Below are positions 39,403-48,981 of a stretch of DNA of 64,000 nucleotides, piece by piece. The stretch is from an uncultured Candidatus Saccharibacteria bacterium (GTDB lineage Bacteria > Patescibacteriota > WWE3 > 2-01-FULL-39-13). The translations under genes and the position numbers were made by a program. The stretch spans positions 792,935-856,934 of the forward strand of contig OZ246395.1 of the NCBI GenBank assembly GCA_965230915.1. The letters are read 5' to 3'. Position 1 is the stretch's first letter, and each line of letters begins with the position of its first letter. Below the pieces are notes generated by a model. It worked only from the letters and a program-made list of their open reading frames with translations, was not told the DNA's origin and searched no databases.

Positions 39403-40720
39403 AATTTGAAATTGCCGAACGAATTATTTTATAAATATCGTAATCAAATTTGTTCATTTTTCCGTCATTAACTAAGCACCATTTATCAACTATAAATGTA
39501 CTTTGTCCATTTTCATTCTGTTCTCGAATTTCGATTGAAGTCTCAAAAGGCCAGTCTTCGATCGCGGATTTTTTGAAGGCTTTAGCAAAACGTTTATTAT
39601 ATTCAGCAGGATTTTCTTTGTTTACACACGCCCCATTGCACCGACCCAAGTGATATCTAAAACATGAAGTTACGGCTTTTTCGGTTCCTAAAAGTTTGTT
39701 ACACAAATTATTTTCTGCAGAAACATAATCAAGATTTTCTTTGCATTCTTTGATCGACGAAAAAATTCCCAATAACTTTTCGTTTTTATTAATCTTTATA
39801 CTTTTTACACGTTCAAAATTTGTAGTTAAGTATCCGTTTTCATTTTCTATTTGCTTTAATAAAACCATTTCAGTTTTTCGACGGAGTTTTCTATTATATA
39901 TAGGCATTAATTCTTTTACTAGATCAGATTCAAGAATTAGTGCCGAAATTTCACCTGCTGTTGGAATAGCTTTAATATCATTTATCTGATTGTTGATTCT
40001 CAATTCTTTTGAAGAATCTTTATCGTATAAGTGGCTCTTTACTCGCTTTTTTATATTTTTGCTTTTGCCAACGTAAAGTGGATTTGAATTTTTATCATAG
40101 AAAATATAAACACCAGGACATTCTGGTAAATCACTGATTGTTGATTCATCTAAATCATATGGAATATTCGAATTTTCGATACATCTTAAAATTGCATCGT
40201 TAACGGCTTCTTCTCCTAAATCTTTTTTGGCGTGATCTATAAACTGGTGTAGTACAAAAGCATCATCATAAGCGCGATGGCGGTTTTCACACTCGAACCC
40301 AAAATACTCGATAACTCTAGATAAATTATGCTTTCCCATTTTGGGATACAAGATTCTCGATAGTCTAACAGTACAAAAATACGGATTACTAAATGGTCTA
40401 TCTATTCTGCGAAATTCTGCGCGTATATGTGAAAGGTCAAACGCAACATTGTGTGCAACAAAAACAGCATCACGCAGTATTTCCTCTACTCTATCGGCAA
40501 TTTCATAAAATTCAGGAGCAAATTCTAGTTCATCCGGATTTATGTTCGTGTAATTTTGAATAAAAGGTGAAACGTAAGTATTTGGATTAAGCAGTGACTT
40601 AAATTCATCAACAATTTTCCCATTTTCTACACGTATTATTGCGATTTCAATGATTCTGTCTTTACCTGGATGATACCCAGTGGTTTCAGTGTCCACAAAG
40701 GCATAAGTATTAGGCAGCAT
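39374..40720 (-). CDS. DEDDh exonuclease (Pol III epsilon-like) fused to GIY-YIG (UvrC/Cho-like) nuclease
   Basis: VDTETTG, AHNVAFD, HRAYDDA; PGVYIF...LYVGKS.N...RV.SH. Confidence 0.9.
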   Translation of the reverse strand: MLPNTYAFVDTETTGYHPGKDRIIEIAIIRVENGKIVDEFKSLLNPNTYVSPFIQNYTNINPDELEFAPEFYEIADRVEEILRDAVFVAHNVAFDLSHIRAEFRRIDRPFSNPYFCTVRLSRILYPKMGKHNLSRVIEYFGFECENRHRAYDDAFVLHQFIDHAKKDLGEEAVNDAILRCIENSNIPYDLDESTISDLPECPGVYIFYDKNSNPLYVGKSKNIKKRVKSHLYDKDSSKELRINNQINDIKAIPTAGEISALILESDLVKELMPIYNRKLRRKTEMVLLKQIENENGYLTTNFERVKSIKINKNEKLLGIFSSIKECKENLDYVSAENNLCNKLLGTEKAVTSCFRYHLGRCNGACVNKENPAEYNKRFAKAFKKSAIEDWPFETSIEIREQNENGQSTFIVDKWCLVNDGKMNKFDYDIYKIIRSAISNSNSVLKVQL

Positions 40721-40793
40721 ATTTTGGAATATATCACGTATGTGCTAAGTAGCCAAACTTTTACCGAAGATACATAAATTGATTGAAACGAAG

Positions 40794-40839
40794 GGGCCGG
40801 ACGCAACTTGTGAAAATTATAAAAAGTTGCGTCCGGCCC
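40794..40839 (-). terminator. 16-bp perfect-stem 3' hairpin
   Basis: GGGCCGGACGCAACTT...AAGTTGCGTCCGGCCC. Confidence 0.75.
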
Positions 40840-40844
40840 AACTG

Positions 40845-41027
40845 CTAGCGGCGAAGGAGCATAATCAACCTTGCCAGCCAGGGAGGTGAACTTACAAACC
40901 TGGGAAGCGTGGCTTCAGAAACAAATAACGTCGGAACAATCCTTACGCTGGTCTTTCGCGCAAGAATCTTGTTATGCCGTGAGTCAACACGGGGACGACT
41001 CGTTCTTTGAACCATATTAGTCGGCAT
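40845..41027 (-). CDS. 60-aa basic GC-richer orphan protein
   Basis: Arg-rich; GGAAAGG upstream; hairpin directly after stop. Confidence 0.5.
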   Translation of the reverse strand: MPTNMVQRTSRPRVDSRHNKILARKTSVRIVPTLFVSEATLPRFVSSPPWLARLIMLLRR

Positions 41028-41128
41028 ATCCGCAAAACCTTTCCGCCTTATCGAAGGCTTACAAAAAATCCCAACGCATGTTGAGAATTAGAAATATTTT
41101 AAATTTATTTACAGGAAAATCAATAAGA

Positions 41129-42697
41129 TTACGGCAGACTATAAATTATATAGTTTGAATTCTCAAACAAATTTGTTTTAGGTGAATTGTGAATATCGAA
41201 GTCATTTGATTCATAATCACGATCATCTTTTACATCTATATAATAGTCTTTTTCTGGCAATCCTGACTCGTGTATTGAATTAATATAAAACATCAAACGC
41301 GGATATTTTATGTTTGTATTAAATGTTGGAGTTGTTGATTTATCTATAACTGAATTTAAGTCGCTATCTAGCATGTCTAGTGAACGATAATAAGGAAAGC
41401 CAAAAATCCCACGTACTACCTCCCCTTGTGAAATACCTTGATACATTTTGCCAAAAATATAATTTCCCAACTGCCAAGGATATTCAAGTTTATTTTCAAT
41501 ATAAGCATGATAATTAAAAGAAATTGAAGATACTACTAAAATAGCCAGTAAGCCCAATTTAATATATTTACTTTTGATTCTATTTAATTGCAAAGCAGCT
41601 ATAAAAGTTAAAGGAAGATATGCATTATAAATATGAGTTAGCGGTTTTCCGATAACTAAAACGTAAATTGTAAAAGAAATTAGGAACCACAAATGGATAT
41701 ATTTTTTAATTGTGCGTATATCTTTATTAATAAATATTAAATACATTAAATAGCTTGAAACTAAAGTCGAAAGTAAAATTAGTGGTTTATATGGATGTTC
41801 AACAAAATACCTCGAAATAACCAGTAAAATTAAGACTACCAATGCAGATCTATAACAAAGCAAATTTTTACTTTGTAATTTCCAAAACGAGACAATTGCT
41901 AAAACCCCAACGATTACTAGATATTCCTTTGAAAAGTATATCGAAGATAATTTCTCGCTGTAAAAAACTGAGTCATAACTAAATTCGGCTATGGTCCTAT
42001 CGTGCAATATATATGAAAGTGTATATTTAAAGTTCTCATTAAATGTATATGGAATATAAAAAATCAGCGCAATCGAAAAACTAGCAAAATAAATCAAATA
42101 GTTCTTTATTTTGTCCGATTTTGAAAACAAAATTATTGACTGAACAATTAACAAAGTTAACGCATCATAGTGAAAAAGGAATGCAGCAGCAATTGAAATT
42201 CCACTGAGGACTAAATATTTTCTATCTAGTTTCTTCAAAAAATATAAAAAGAAGTAAGTCGAGACGAGTACTAAAAGCAGCTTAAAAGATTGATATTGAA
42301 CTATTCTAGAAAAGGCAATAAAAAAGCCATTTAGCGCTGCGATTGTTAGAGCGTAAAATCCAACTTTGGAATTAAAATATTTTTTCGCAATAATATAGAA
42401 AAAAAATACAGAGAAAAAACCGGCAACTGCAAATGGTAGGCGATAGTGAAACTCCATATCATTATTAGCCTTATCGAAAAATTCACTAGTCCATACAACT
42501 AAATATTGACCTGGTCCTTTGGAATTACCCAACAAAAAATTTATAAAACTGGGAGCGTCTCTATACGCAAATGGCTTTACTTCATCACCCTGTAGATCTG
42601 AATATCCTAAAGAAGTGAATCTAAAGTATGCCGCAACAATTAAGAATAAAGTTACGGTAACAAAATTGAAATTAATTTTTTTTAAATTAATAAACAT
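41129..42697 (-). CDS. GT-C glycosyltransferase (ArnT/PMT-like)
   Basis: RF..LG..DLQGDE, RLPFA..G, FSRI.QY, many TM. Confidence 0.8.
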   Translation of the reverse strand: MFINLKKINFNFVTVTLFLIVAAYFRFTSLGYSDLQGDEVKPFAYRDAPSFINFLLGNSKGPGQYLVVWTSEFFDKANNDMEFHYRLPFAVAGFFSVFFFYIIAKKYFNSKVGFYALTIAALNGFFIAFSRIVQYQSFKLLLVLVSTYFFLYFLKKLDRKYLVLSGISIAAAFLFHYDALTLLIVQSIILFSKSDKIKNYLIYFASFSIALIFYIPYTFNENFKYTLSYILHDRTIAEFSYDSVFYSEKLSSIYFSKEYLVIVGVLAIVSFWKLQSKNLLCYRSALVVLILLVISRYFVEHPYKPLILLSTLVSSYLMYLIFINKDIRTIKKYIHLWFLISFTIYVLVIGKPLTHIYNAYLPLTFIAALQLNRIKSKYIKLGLLAILVVSSISFNYHAYIENKLEYPWQLGNYIFGKMYQGISQGEVVRGIFGFPYYRSLDMLDSDLNSVIDKSTTPTFNTNIKYPRLMFYINSIHESGLPEKDYYIDVKDDRDYESNDFDIHNSPKTNLFENSNYIIYSLP

Positions 42698-42741
42698 AAA
42701 CCTTGTATTTGTGTATTCACTGTTTTACATTTGTTTTACAA

Positions 42742-44244
42742 ATGTTTCTTGCAAAACAAACTCAATTTATTAAATACCCGTTAATATTAGCAGCAATCTT
42801 TATTTCAATATATATAGGACAGTATATTAATTTCTTTAATAATGATGACTGGGTTCATTATAAAACTGTAGAAAACTTCTTAAATGGAGATTTTAATTTA
42901 CATCCATATATTGGTTCTACTTTTTATACACAAGGCTTAATGGCTTTTATTTTTGCAAAGCTATTTGGCGAAAACAATATACCTGTTCTTACTTTAATTA
43001 TTTCTGCATTAAATATTTTCGTTTTCTGGGAAATCTTAAACTTATTGTCTGCCAAAAATATTAAATTAAAAATACTTTCGATTATACTTTTAGTTCTTAA
43101 TCCTTTATATTTATATTCTTCTGTAGGATTCATGACTGAAAATTTTGTGATTTTCTTTTTGTTGCTCGCAATTTACTTTCACATTAAGTTCAGGCATACA
43201 AACTTGATTCATTCATATTTGTTTACTGTTCTTGGGTTTTTTGTAAAACAGTACAGTATTTTTCTTGGTGCGGCCACAATAGTACATGCAATATTTAGAA
43301 AAAAATGGCATCTTGTAGTTCTACATTTTACTTTAGCTGTTAGCTTACTTTTATTTTATTATTTTTTATTTCCGAAAAACGAAATTTTGTCCGGACAATC
43401 AGTTCAAATTGCTAAATTACTAGACATAAAATCTATCATTTCATCAGCCCTAAATATATTTTTGTACTTAAATTTTTTTACAATTCCATTAGCAGTAATT
43501 TTTGGAATGCGAACAAAAGCAAATAAAGTTTATACATTCATTTTATCTTTAGTAATTTTTGTGACATATATATATTTACTACCAATACATGACTTTCCAT
43601 CAATTGGAAATGTATTCACTCAAAAGGGATTATTTCCAGACATAGTCGGAAACAAAAGCCAGTGGGCCGGGTACTATAAATTTTTTACATTTACGTTTTA
43701 CCTATCTGCTCTTACCGCGTCGATTGTAATTTCACGACTGGTTTTAGATTTAAAAAATGTATTCTTTAAGAATAGATTTTTATTTATCGGATTTTTCATT
43801 TATTTTGGCCTATGTCTAATACTTCCGAATTTCTATGATCGATATATTCTTCCACTACTAATTTTGTGGATTCCACTTATGTTTTCGTCTAGCTTCAACT
43901 TCAAAATTAAATTGCCTGTATTAGCGATTATTACGGCATGGCTTTTTATATATGGTTTTTTTAACTATTTATATATTGTTGAATACATTGCCAGAAATAT
44001 TGAAATAGAAAATGCCACACAAGAATTGGTTTTAAAAGGAGTTCCACGAGCAAACATAGTAGCAAACCGGGCACACAATAATTATTACGGTAATTCTCCG
44101 GACAGGACCGAATATTTTTTTAATTTCGATAACCCAAAAACTCTTGGCCAGGAATCTGCAACACTCGAAAAAACTTTACAGATTAATTTTCCGTTAAATA
44201 TTTTTATTTCGAAAGAAATTTACTTGTATAAAATTCAAAAATGA
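42742..44244 (+). CDS. GT-C-like membrane glycosyltransferase
   Basis: NDDWVH, FMTE, YDRYILP; many TM. Confidence 0.75.
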   Translation: MFLAKQTQFIKYPLILAAIFISIYIGQYINFFNNDDWVHYKTVENFLNGDFNLHPYIGSTFYTQGLMAFIFAKLFGENNIPVLTLIISALNIFVFWEILNLLSAKNIKLKILSIILLVLNPLYLYSSVGFMTENFVIFFLLLAIYFHIKFRHTNLIHSYLFTVLGFFVKQYSIFLGAATIVHAIFRKKWHLVVLHFTLAVSLLLFYYFLFPKNEILSGQSVQIAKLLDIKSIISSALNIFLYLNFFTIPLAVIFGMRTKANKVYTFILSLVIFVTYIYLLPIHDFPSIGNVFTQKGLFPDIVGNKSQWAGYYKFFTFTFYLSALTASIVISRLVLDLKNVFFKNRFLFIGFFIYFGLCLILPNFYDRYILPLLILWIPLMFSSSFNFKIKLPVLAIITAWLFIYGFFNYLYIVEYIARNIEIENATQELVLKGVPRANIVANRAHNNYYGNSPDRTEYFFNFDNPKTLGQESATLEKTLQINFPLNIFISKEIYLYKIQK

Positions 44245-45503
44245 GACTTGATCATTTAAGCCGGAATCTAATTTTAATAGTAACAATATTATTCTTCTTT
44301 TTTGCTGTAGGAGTAGCCACACACCCGGCTTCGGACAACGACGCATCACGTTTAGCTGGAATAATTTCTGTAGCACAAAAAAATATGTTATCGATTGATA
44401 AAACTCCATATAGCAAAGTTGGCGATCGCGTAGTTTATGAAGATATAAGTTATTCCTCAAAACCTCCGGTTCTACATGTAATTACTGGCCTTATTATTAA
44501 AGCAGCGTTTGAAATAAAACCTGCACTTCTTGAAAATAATGTAGCAATATACCGCGCATCTACAATGCTAATAAATACATTTCCGATTGTATTAATATAT
44601 GTATGTTTTTACTTTTTGATGCGTAATTTGAAAATACGAACATTATATGCACATTTGACTTCGTTATTTCTAATATTTGGGACACTTATATTCACATATT
44701 CAAAATACTTAACAAACCATATTTTCGAAGCTTTATTACAAATTACTTTGTTTTTTATTTTAGTAAAGTTCAAAACGACAAAACTAAATTGTGTGTTGAT
44801 TGGAATTTTTATTTCTGCTCTTTTTGCAATTGATATAACAAATGGTGTTATTGTTGTCCCTGCAACAATTTTATGGTTAATGTATTACCACAAAATCAAA
44901 TTTATAGATTTAGTGTGGATATTTTTGGGTGCAGTTCCATTTTTAATAACACATTTTTATTTAAGCTATGTTCAGTTTGAAAATTTTTTGCCTCCACAAT
45001 TATTTCCGGAAACTTACTTATCGTATCCTGGGTCAAAATGGGTCGGTGAATTAAAAGGTTTTGAAGCCCTAGATCAACCATTAATTATCAGATTTTTTAA
45101 TTACACATTCGGAACTCACGGATTATTTTTATATCACCCAATTCTTTTAATTCCATTTTTTATTAAAAAAAACTGGAAAGACCCACTTTGGCTTTATACG
45201 TTTGCCGTAGTCTTGGGATATATATTATTTAATACTGTAATGCAGAAAAATTATGCAGGATCGGCATTTGGACCAAGAAGATTCTTACCTTTGATTCCGA
45301 TTCTTTATTATTTTGTGATTAAAAATTTGGGTGAGTACCGACAAACATTTAGCAGAGAAATTAGGATTTTAATATTAATTGCATTTGCTTCGACGGCCTT
45401 TATTTCTTTTATTGGCTATAAAAACCCATGGAATAATTATTCTGTGAAAATTAACTCGCATGAAGTTTACTTCCCTATTCTCTACACTATAGAGCATCAC
45501 TAA
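44241..45503 (+). CDS. GT-C-like polytopic membrane protein
   Basis: ND.SR, YSSKPP, HGLF...P, FGPRRFLP. Confidence 0.65.
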   Translation: MRLDHLSRNLILIVTILFFFFAVGVATHPASDNDASRLAGIISVAQKNMLSIDKTPYSKVGDRVVYEDISYSSKPPVLHVITGLIIKAAFEIKPALLENNVAIYRASTMLINTFPIVLIYVCFYFLMRNLKIRTLYAHLTSLFLIFGTLIFTYSKYLTNHIFEALLQITLFFILVKFKTTKLNCVLIGIFISALFAIDITNGVIVVPATILWLMYYHKIKFIDLVWIFLGAVPFLITHFYLSYVQFENFLPPQLFPETYLSYPGSKWVGELKGFEALDQPLIIRFFNYTFGTHGLFLYHPILLIPFFIKKNWKDPLWLYTFAVVLGYILFNTVMQKNYAGSAFGPRRFLPLIPILYYFVIKNLGEYRQTFSREIRILILIAFASTAFISFIGYKNPWNNYSVKINSHEVYFPILYTIEHH

Positions 45504-45509
45504 AAGGCC

Positions 45510-45561
45510 GAGGTTTCGAATTAGCTTTTATTAATGAACTATTTGGCTAATTCGAAACCTC
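45510..45561. terminator. 16-bp perfect-stem hairpin between convergent genes
   Basis: GAGGTTTCGAATTAGC...GCTAATTCGAAACCTC. Confidence 0.75.
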
Positions 45562-45571
45562 AATTTGGTCT

Positions 45572-45784
45572 TTACGAATATCTTTGCATCGAATATGGAT
45601 GCCGCGGGCACATGTGGCAATCCATTGCGCGAATGCAAATTGTTCCAGGTTGATGCAAGCACTCTTCAACTTTGACACTATCAGGGCTGATAATTCCGAT
45701 AGGTATACCCGATGGTCGTGTTGCATATGGCGCATCTTCAGCATCTAAAACAGCTTCCTTAGGCAAATTTATCGTCAACAACAT
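45572..45784 (-). CDS. 70-aa Cys/His-rich orphan protein
   Basis: SD GAAGGAGGA; C..C..CHMCPRH; leader pairs with stop-codon region. Confidence 0.6.
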   Translation of the reverse strand: MLLTINLPKEAVLDAEDAPYATRPSGIPIGIISPDSVKVEECLHQPGTICIRAMDCHMCPRHPYSMQRYS

Positions 45785-45876
45785 GAGATCCTCCTTCGAG
45801 GGGTGAAAAAAGGAAACGGATAGTGTAAGTGTAAAGACCCACAAATATTCTAGCAAAAATGTTATAAAATTTAGAA

Positions 45877-46707
45877 GTGGGAAAATTTCAAATTATCATT
45901 TTAATTTTAATAGTTTTTGTTTTAGTAGCTTTTATTGCAACATATGCTCGCAAACCAACAAACATTCGCGACTGGGAAGTCGGAATGGGAAAATTTCCTG
46001 AAATACAAATTTCGGGAGATGGAAAAAATATCACAATAAAAAATCTTCGCAATTATAACTACTCAAAAGAAGGCATAATATCACAAGATTATTTAGAAAA
46101 AACTTACAATTTAGATAACTTAGAAAAAGTCTGGTTCTTAATAGAGCCCTTCTCTTTTTGGGACGGCATAGCTCATACATACTTTATTTTTGATTTTACC
46201 GACCAAGAGCCTATCGCTTTTTCGGTTGAAGCACGTCGCGTAAAAGGCTCAAAATATAATGCATTTGCTGGAATATTTAATCAATACGAATTAATTTATA
46301 CATGGGGAACCGAACACGATTTTACTGGTCGGAGAATTTATAAAGATAATGGAAATGTTTATATGTATCCGTTAAAAGTTAACAAGGATTTTGCTCAAAA
46401 ATTATTTTTAGAAAGTGCAAAATCTACGGAGGAACTTCGAAACAACCCACGTTTTTACAATACGATTACAAGTAACTGCACAAATAATTTGGCAAAAATC
46501 GCAAACGAAGTAAAACCTGGATCAATTCCATTTCACTATGCGTTATATTTTCCGGGATATTCTCCCAAACTTTTATATAACTTAGGATATTTTGATAGCA
46601 ATTTGAGTTTTGATGAGCTAAAGGAAAAATCTTATATTTCGAATATCGTTAACAAAATTTATAATGATCCAAATTTCACACAAGAATTAAGGGAAAATTT
46701 AAATTAA
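45877..46707 (+). CDS. DUF4105 (Lnb N-terminal-like) protein
   Basis: AHT...F.F, SVEARR, QYELIY, PRFYNTITSNCT. Confidence 0.85.
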   Translation: MGKFQIIILILIVFVLVAFIATYARKPTNIRDWEVGMGKFPEIQISGDGKNITIKNLRNYNYSKEGIISQDYLEKTYNLDNLEKVWFLIEPFSFWDGIAHTYFIFDFTDQEPIAFSVEARRVKGSKYNAFAGIFNQYELIYTWGTEHDFTGRRIYKDNGNVYMYPLKVNKDFAQKLFLESAKSTEELRNNPRFYNTITSNCTNNLAKIANEVKPGSIPFHYALYFPGYSPKLLYNLGYFDSNLSFDELKEKSYISNIVNKIYNDPNFTQELRENLN

Positions 46708-46714
46708 AAAGCTT

Positions 46715-46782
46715 GGGAACAGAAAGTGATCTGAAAAAATGGCGAAATAAATCTCGCGAAAATTTCAGGACTTTCTGTTCCC
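46715..46782 (-). terminator. 68-nt 3' hairpin of GC-rich unit
   Basis: GGGAACAGAAAGT...ACTTTCTGTTCCC; T-run follows on minus strand. Confidence 0.75.
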
Positions 46783-46794
46783 GTTATCAAACTT

Positions 46795-47562
46795 CTAGTC
46801 TGTGTTCTCCAGCGCCGGCAAGTACAACTTGGACTGCACGACTCGCGTGTAGCTGAAGTAACCTCCCATCGGGCTGTAGCTCTGTTCGAGCACGCGGATC
46901 GTAACTGTGTACAATCCATCATCCTCGAAAATCAAAAGCATCGGGTCGGTCGCCACACTGCCACCTACTGGAACCGTAACATCCTTCAAATCAAAATGGA
47001 TGTCATTATCGGCCCCCGGGGGGTCAACAGTAACGACGACTTCTTCGGTGAATGGCTTGGGTCCCTGATTTGTGAGCCAAACTTCAAAGGTCATGGCCTC
47101 GTTGGTGCGGTCGATCTCGTGAACCAAAAAAGGCGTAACGCCTTCTTTCTTAACCAAAGGAACCTCGCGCGCCAACAAGGTGGACTCACCTGCACGCAGG
47201 GTAAAACCTACGTAAACATCGTCCATAATAAACTCCGGATAAACCGTCGCCGTATATGCGCCGGTCGGGCACACAATACCCTGTTCATCCTTGGCGTCGT
47301 ACTGGCATTCCTCGGGCCAATCCAAAAAGGAAAGATCGGTCTGCAATACGATTGGGTCACCTGCATCGTTCCCGCCACTAAAGGCAATGACCGCGGGTTG
47401 CCCCTCGACCATGTAGGCCTTGCCGTTGGCAAGATTAATCGAAGATGGCCCAGGGCCTACAACTTGTGCAGCAACCCCCTTACACCAGCAGATATACAAA
47501 AATCCGCCGGCCAGAAAGGCAATTAGGACACAAGCTCGGATAAATCGGTAACGCATTTCCAT
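46795..47562 (-). CDS. GC-rich secreted Ig-like protein with KLYLPAL tail
   Basis: Start reassigned to MEMRY after GTATGAAGGAGAG; signal peptide; C-terminal LYLPAL. Confidence 0.75.
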   Translation of the reverse strand: MEMRYRFIRACVLIAFLAGGFLYICWCKGVAAQVVGPGPSSINLANGKAYMVEGQPAVIAFSGGNDAGDPIVLQTDLSFLDWPEECQYDAKDEQGIVCPTGAYTATVYPEFIMDDVYVGFTLRAGESTLLAREVPLVKKEGVTPFLVHEIDRTNEAMTFEVWLTNQGPKPFTEEVVVTVDPPGADNDIHFDLKDVTVPVGGSVATDPMLLIFEDDGLYTVTIRVLEQSYSPMGGYFSYTRVVQSKLYLPALENTD

Positions 47563-47691
47563 CGTTCTCTCCTTCATACACATGAACCGCTAGATATTTG
47601 AATATAACTGTACAAAATGAAAAAGCTGAATTAGCCCTTTCTGGGGCATAATTATGTCAGAAAATCGCGGGAAGTCAACACTATAGGCTGA

Positions 47692-48414
47692 CTATTCTTC
47701 CGGGTGAGGCTCAATAATTTCTGATTTTATCTTATGCATAAGTTCGCGAGTACGTATATCACCCAAATCATTTACTACAAATTTAATCGTGAAAATTGCC
47801 CCTAAAATTGACCCTATAAAATCTGCTAAAAGATCGTTCATAGTGTCGTGATAAGCGTCTTCGACCAAAGATCCCTGATATACAACCCAATCTGGAAAGT
47901 AATTTATTCGCAAAAATTCAAGGCCATATTCTATAATCTCCCAAATTCCACCAATCCCCATGGCAATTAATATAGTAAGAAGAAAAAGGGTTCGTTTAGA
48001 AGCCAATAGTCGACCCGTTCGATTCATTGTAAAAATAACTGTATAAGAAATAGCTGCTATTAGGAGCACCATTGTAAAATGGGCGAATTTATCGAAATAT
48101 GGCGTGGTGTAATATAAGTCGAGAATCTCACCCAAATAGTATTGAATAAAAACAATAAAAAATAGCATTAATTCAATCTCAATAGGGAAGTCTTTAATAC
48201 GGTCTTTAGTAAAAACTGCAGGTGCAGCAATTACAAGTGCTGCGACCAAGGTCATAAAACCAATTTCCCAATCGCCTGAAATAATTGTGATAACGGAGAC
48301 TACAAATACGAAAACTCGCATAAACCACAATAATATGATTTTCCAGGTTTCCACATTTTTGGATTCATTTGGCTTTATAAATATCTTTTTTATCGGCTCT
48401 ATAATGATTTTCAT
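47692..48414 (-). CDS. Polytopic membrane protein (DUF2238/VanZ-like)
   Basis: FDKFAH, WEIIEY, DTMNDL motifs. Confidence 0.7.
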   Translation of the reverse strand: MKIIIEPIKKIFIKPNESKNVETWKIILLWFMRVFVFVVSVITIISGDWEIGFMTLVAALVIAAPAVFTKDRIKDFPIEIELMLFFIVFIQYYLGEILDLYYTTPYFDKFAHFTMVLLIAAISYTVIFTMNRTGRLLASKRTLFLLTILIAMGIGGIWEIIEYGLEFLRINYFPDWVVYQGSLVEDAYHDTMNDLLADFIGSILGAIFTIKFVVNDLGDIRTRELMHKIKSEIIEPHPEE

Positions 48415-48492
48415 AGCGACTTAATTATATATAGGTAATGAAATTTCTCAAATTTGACTTGTGGTAGATTTCGTATCACAATTATTATAAAT

Positions 48493-48972
48493 ATGAAAAA
48501 TTTCCTGTCCAAAGTCCTGTTAGCAACTCTTGTAATTTTTTCTTTATCAGCAGGTTCTGCATTAGCAGCTTCCCTTACATTAACAAAAATCGGGTCACTA
48601 GATGTAGGTGGAAAGAAAATCTCAGGCCAATGGACATATGTATCCACAAATCCAACACTATATGGAACCGCTCCAGCTGGAGCTAGAGTTACCATCGTAA
48701 TCGACGGTACCGAAGCTCGCGAAGTAGCTGACGAAGAAGGTAATTGGCACCACTATTCAGAAAAGCTTACAAAAGGTAATCATGATATTAATATTTCCAT
48801 CGACGGCGAATCATTTGCGTTTAAGCTAAATACAGGCGGAGAAGCAGTCGAAACTACAGCTTCAGCAAATGGAGTTCCAGTTACTGGATCCTCTGATGTA
48901 TTTTTATACATGGCAATTTCTTCCGTGCTACTAATCGCAGGAGGATCACTCTTCTTACATAAAAGAAGATAA
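48493..48972 (+). CDS. Secreted Ig-like protein with VPVTG anchor motif
   Basis: Signal peptide; PTLYGTA..GA.V...ADEEGNW; VPVTG + TM + KRR. Confidence 0.75.
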   Translation: MKNFLSKVLLATLVIFSLSAGSALAASLTLTKIGSLDVGGKKISGQWTYVSTNPTLYGTAPAGARVTIVIDGTEAREVADEEGNWHHYSEKLTKGNHDINISIDGESFAFKLNTGGEAVETTASANGVPVTGSSDVFLYMAISSVLLIAGGSLFLHKRR

Positions 48973-48981
48973 TCTCAGATT

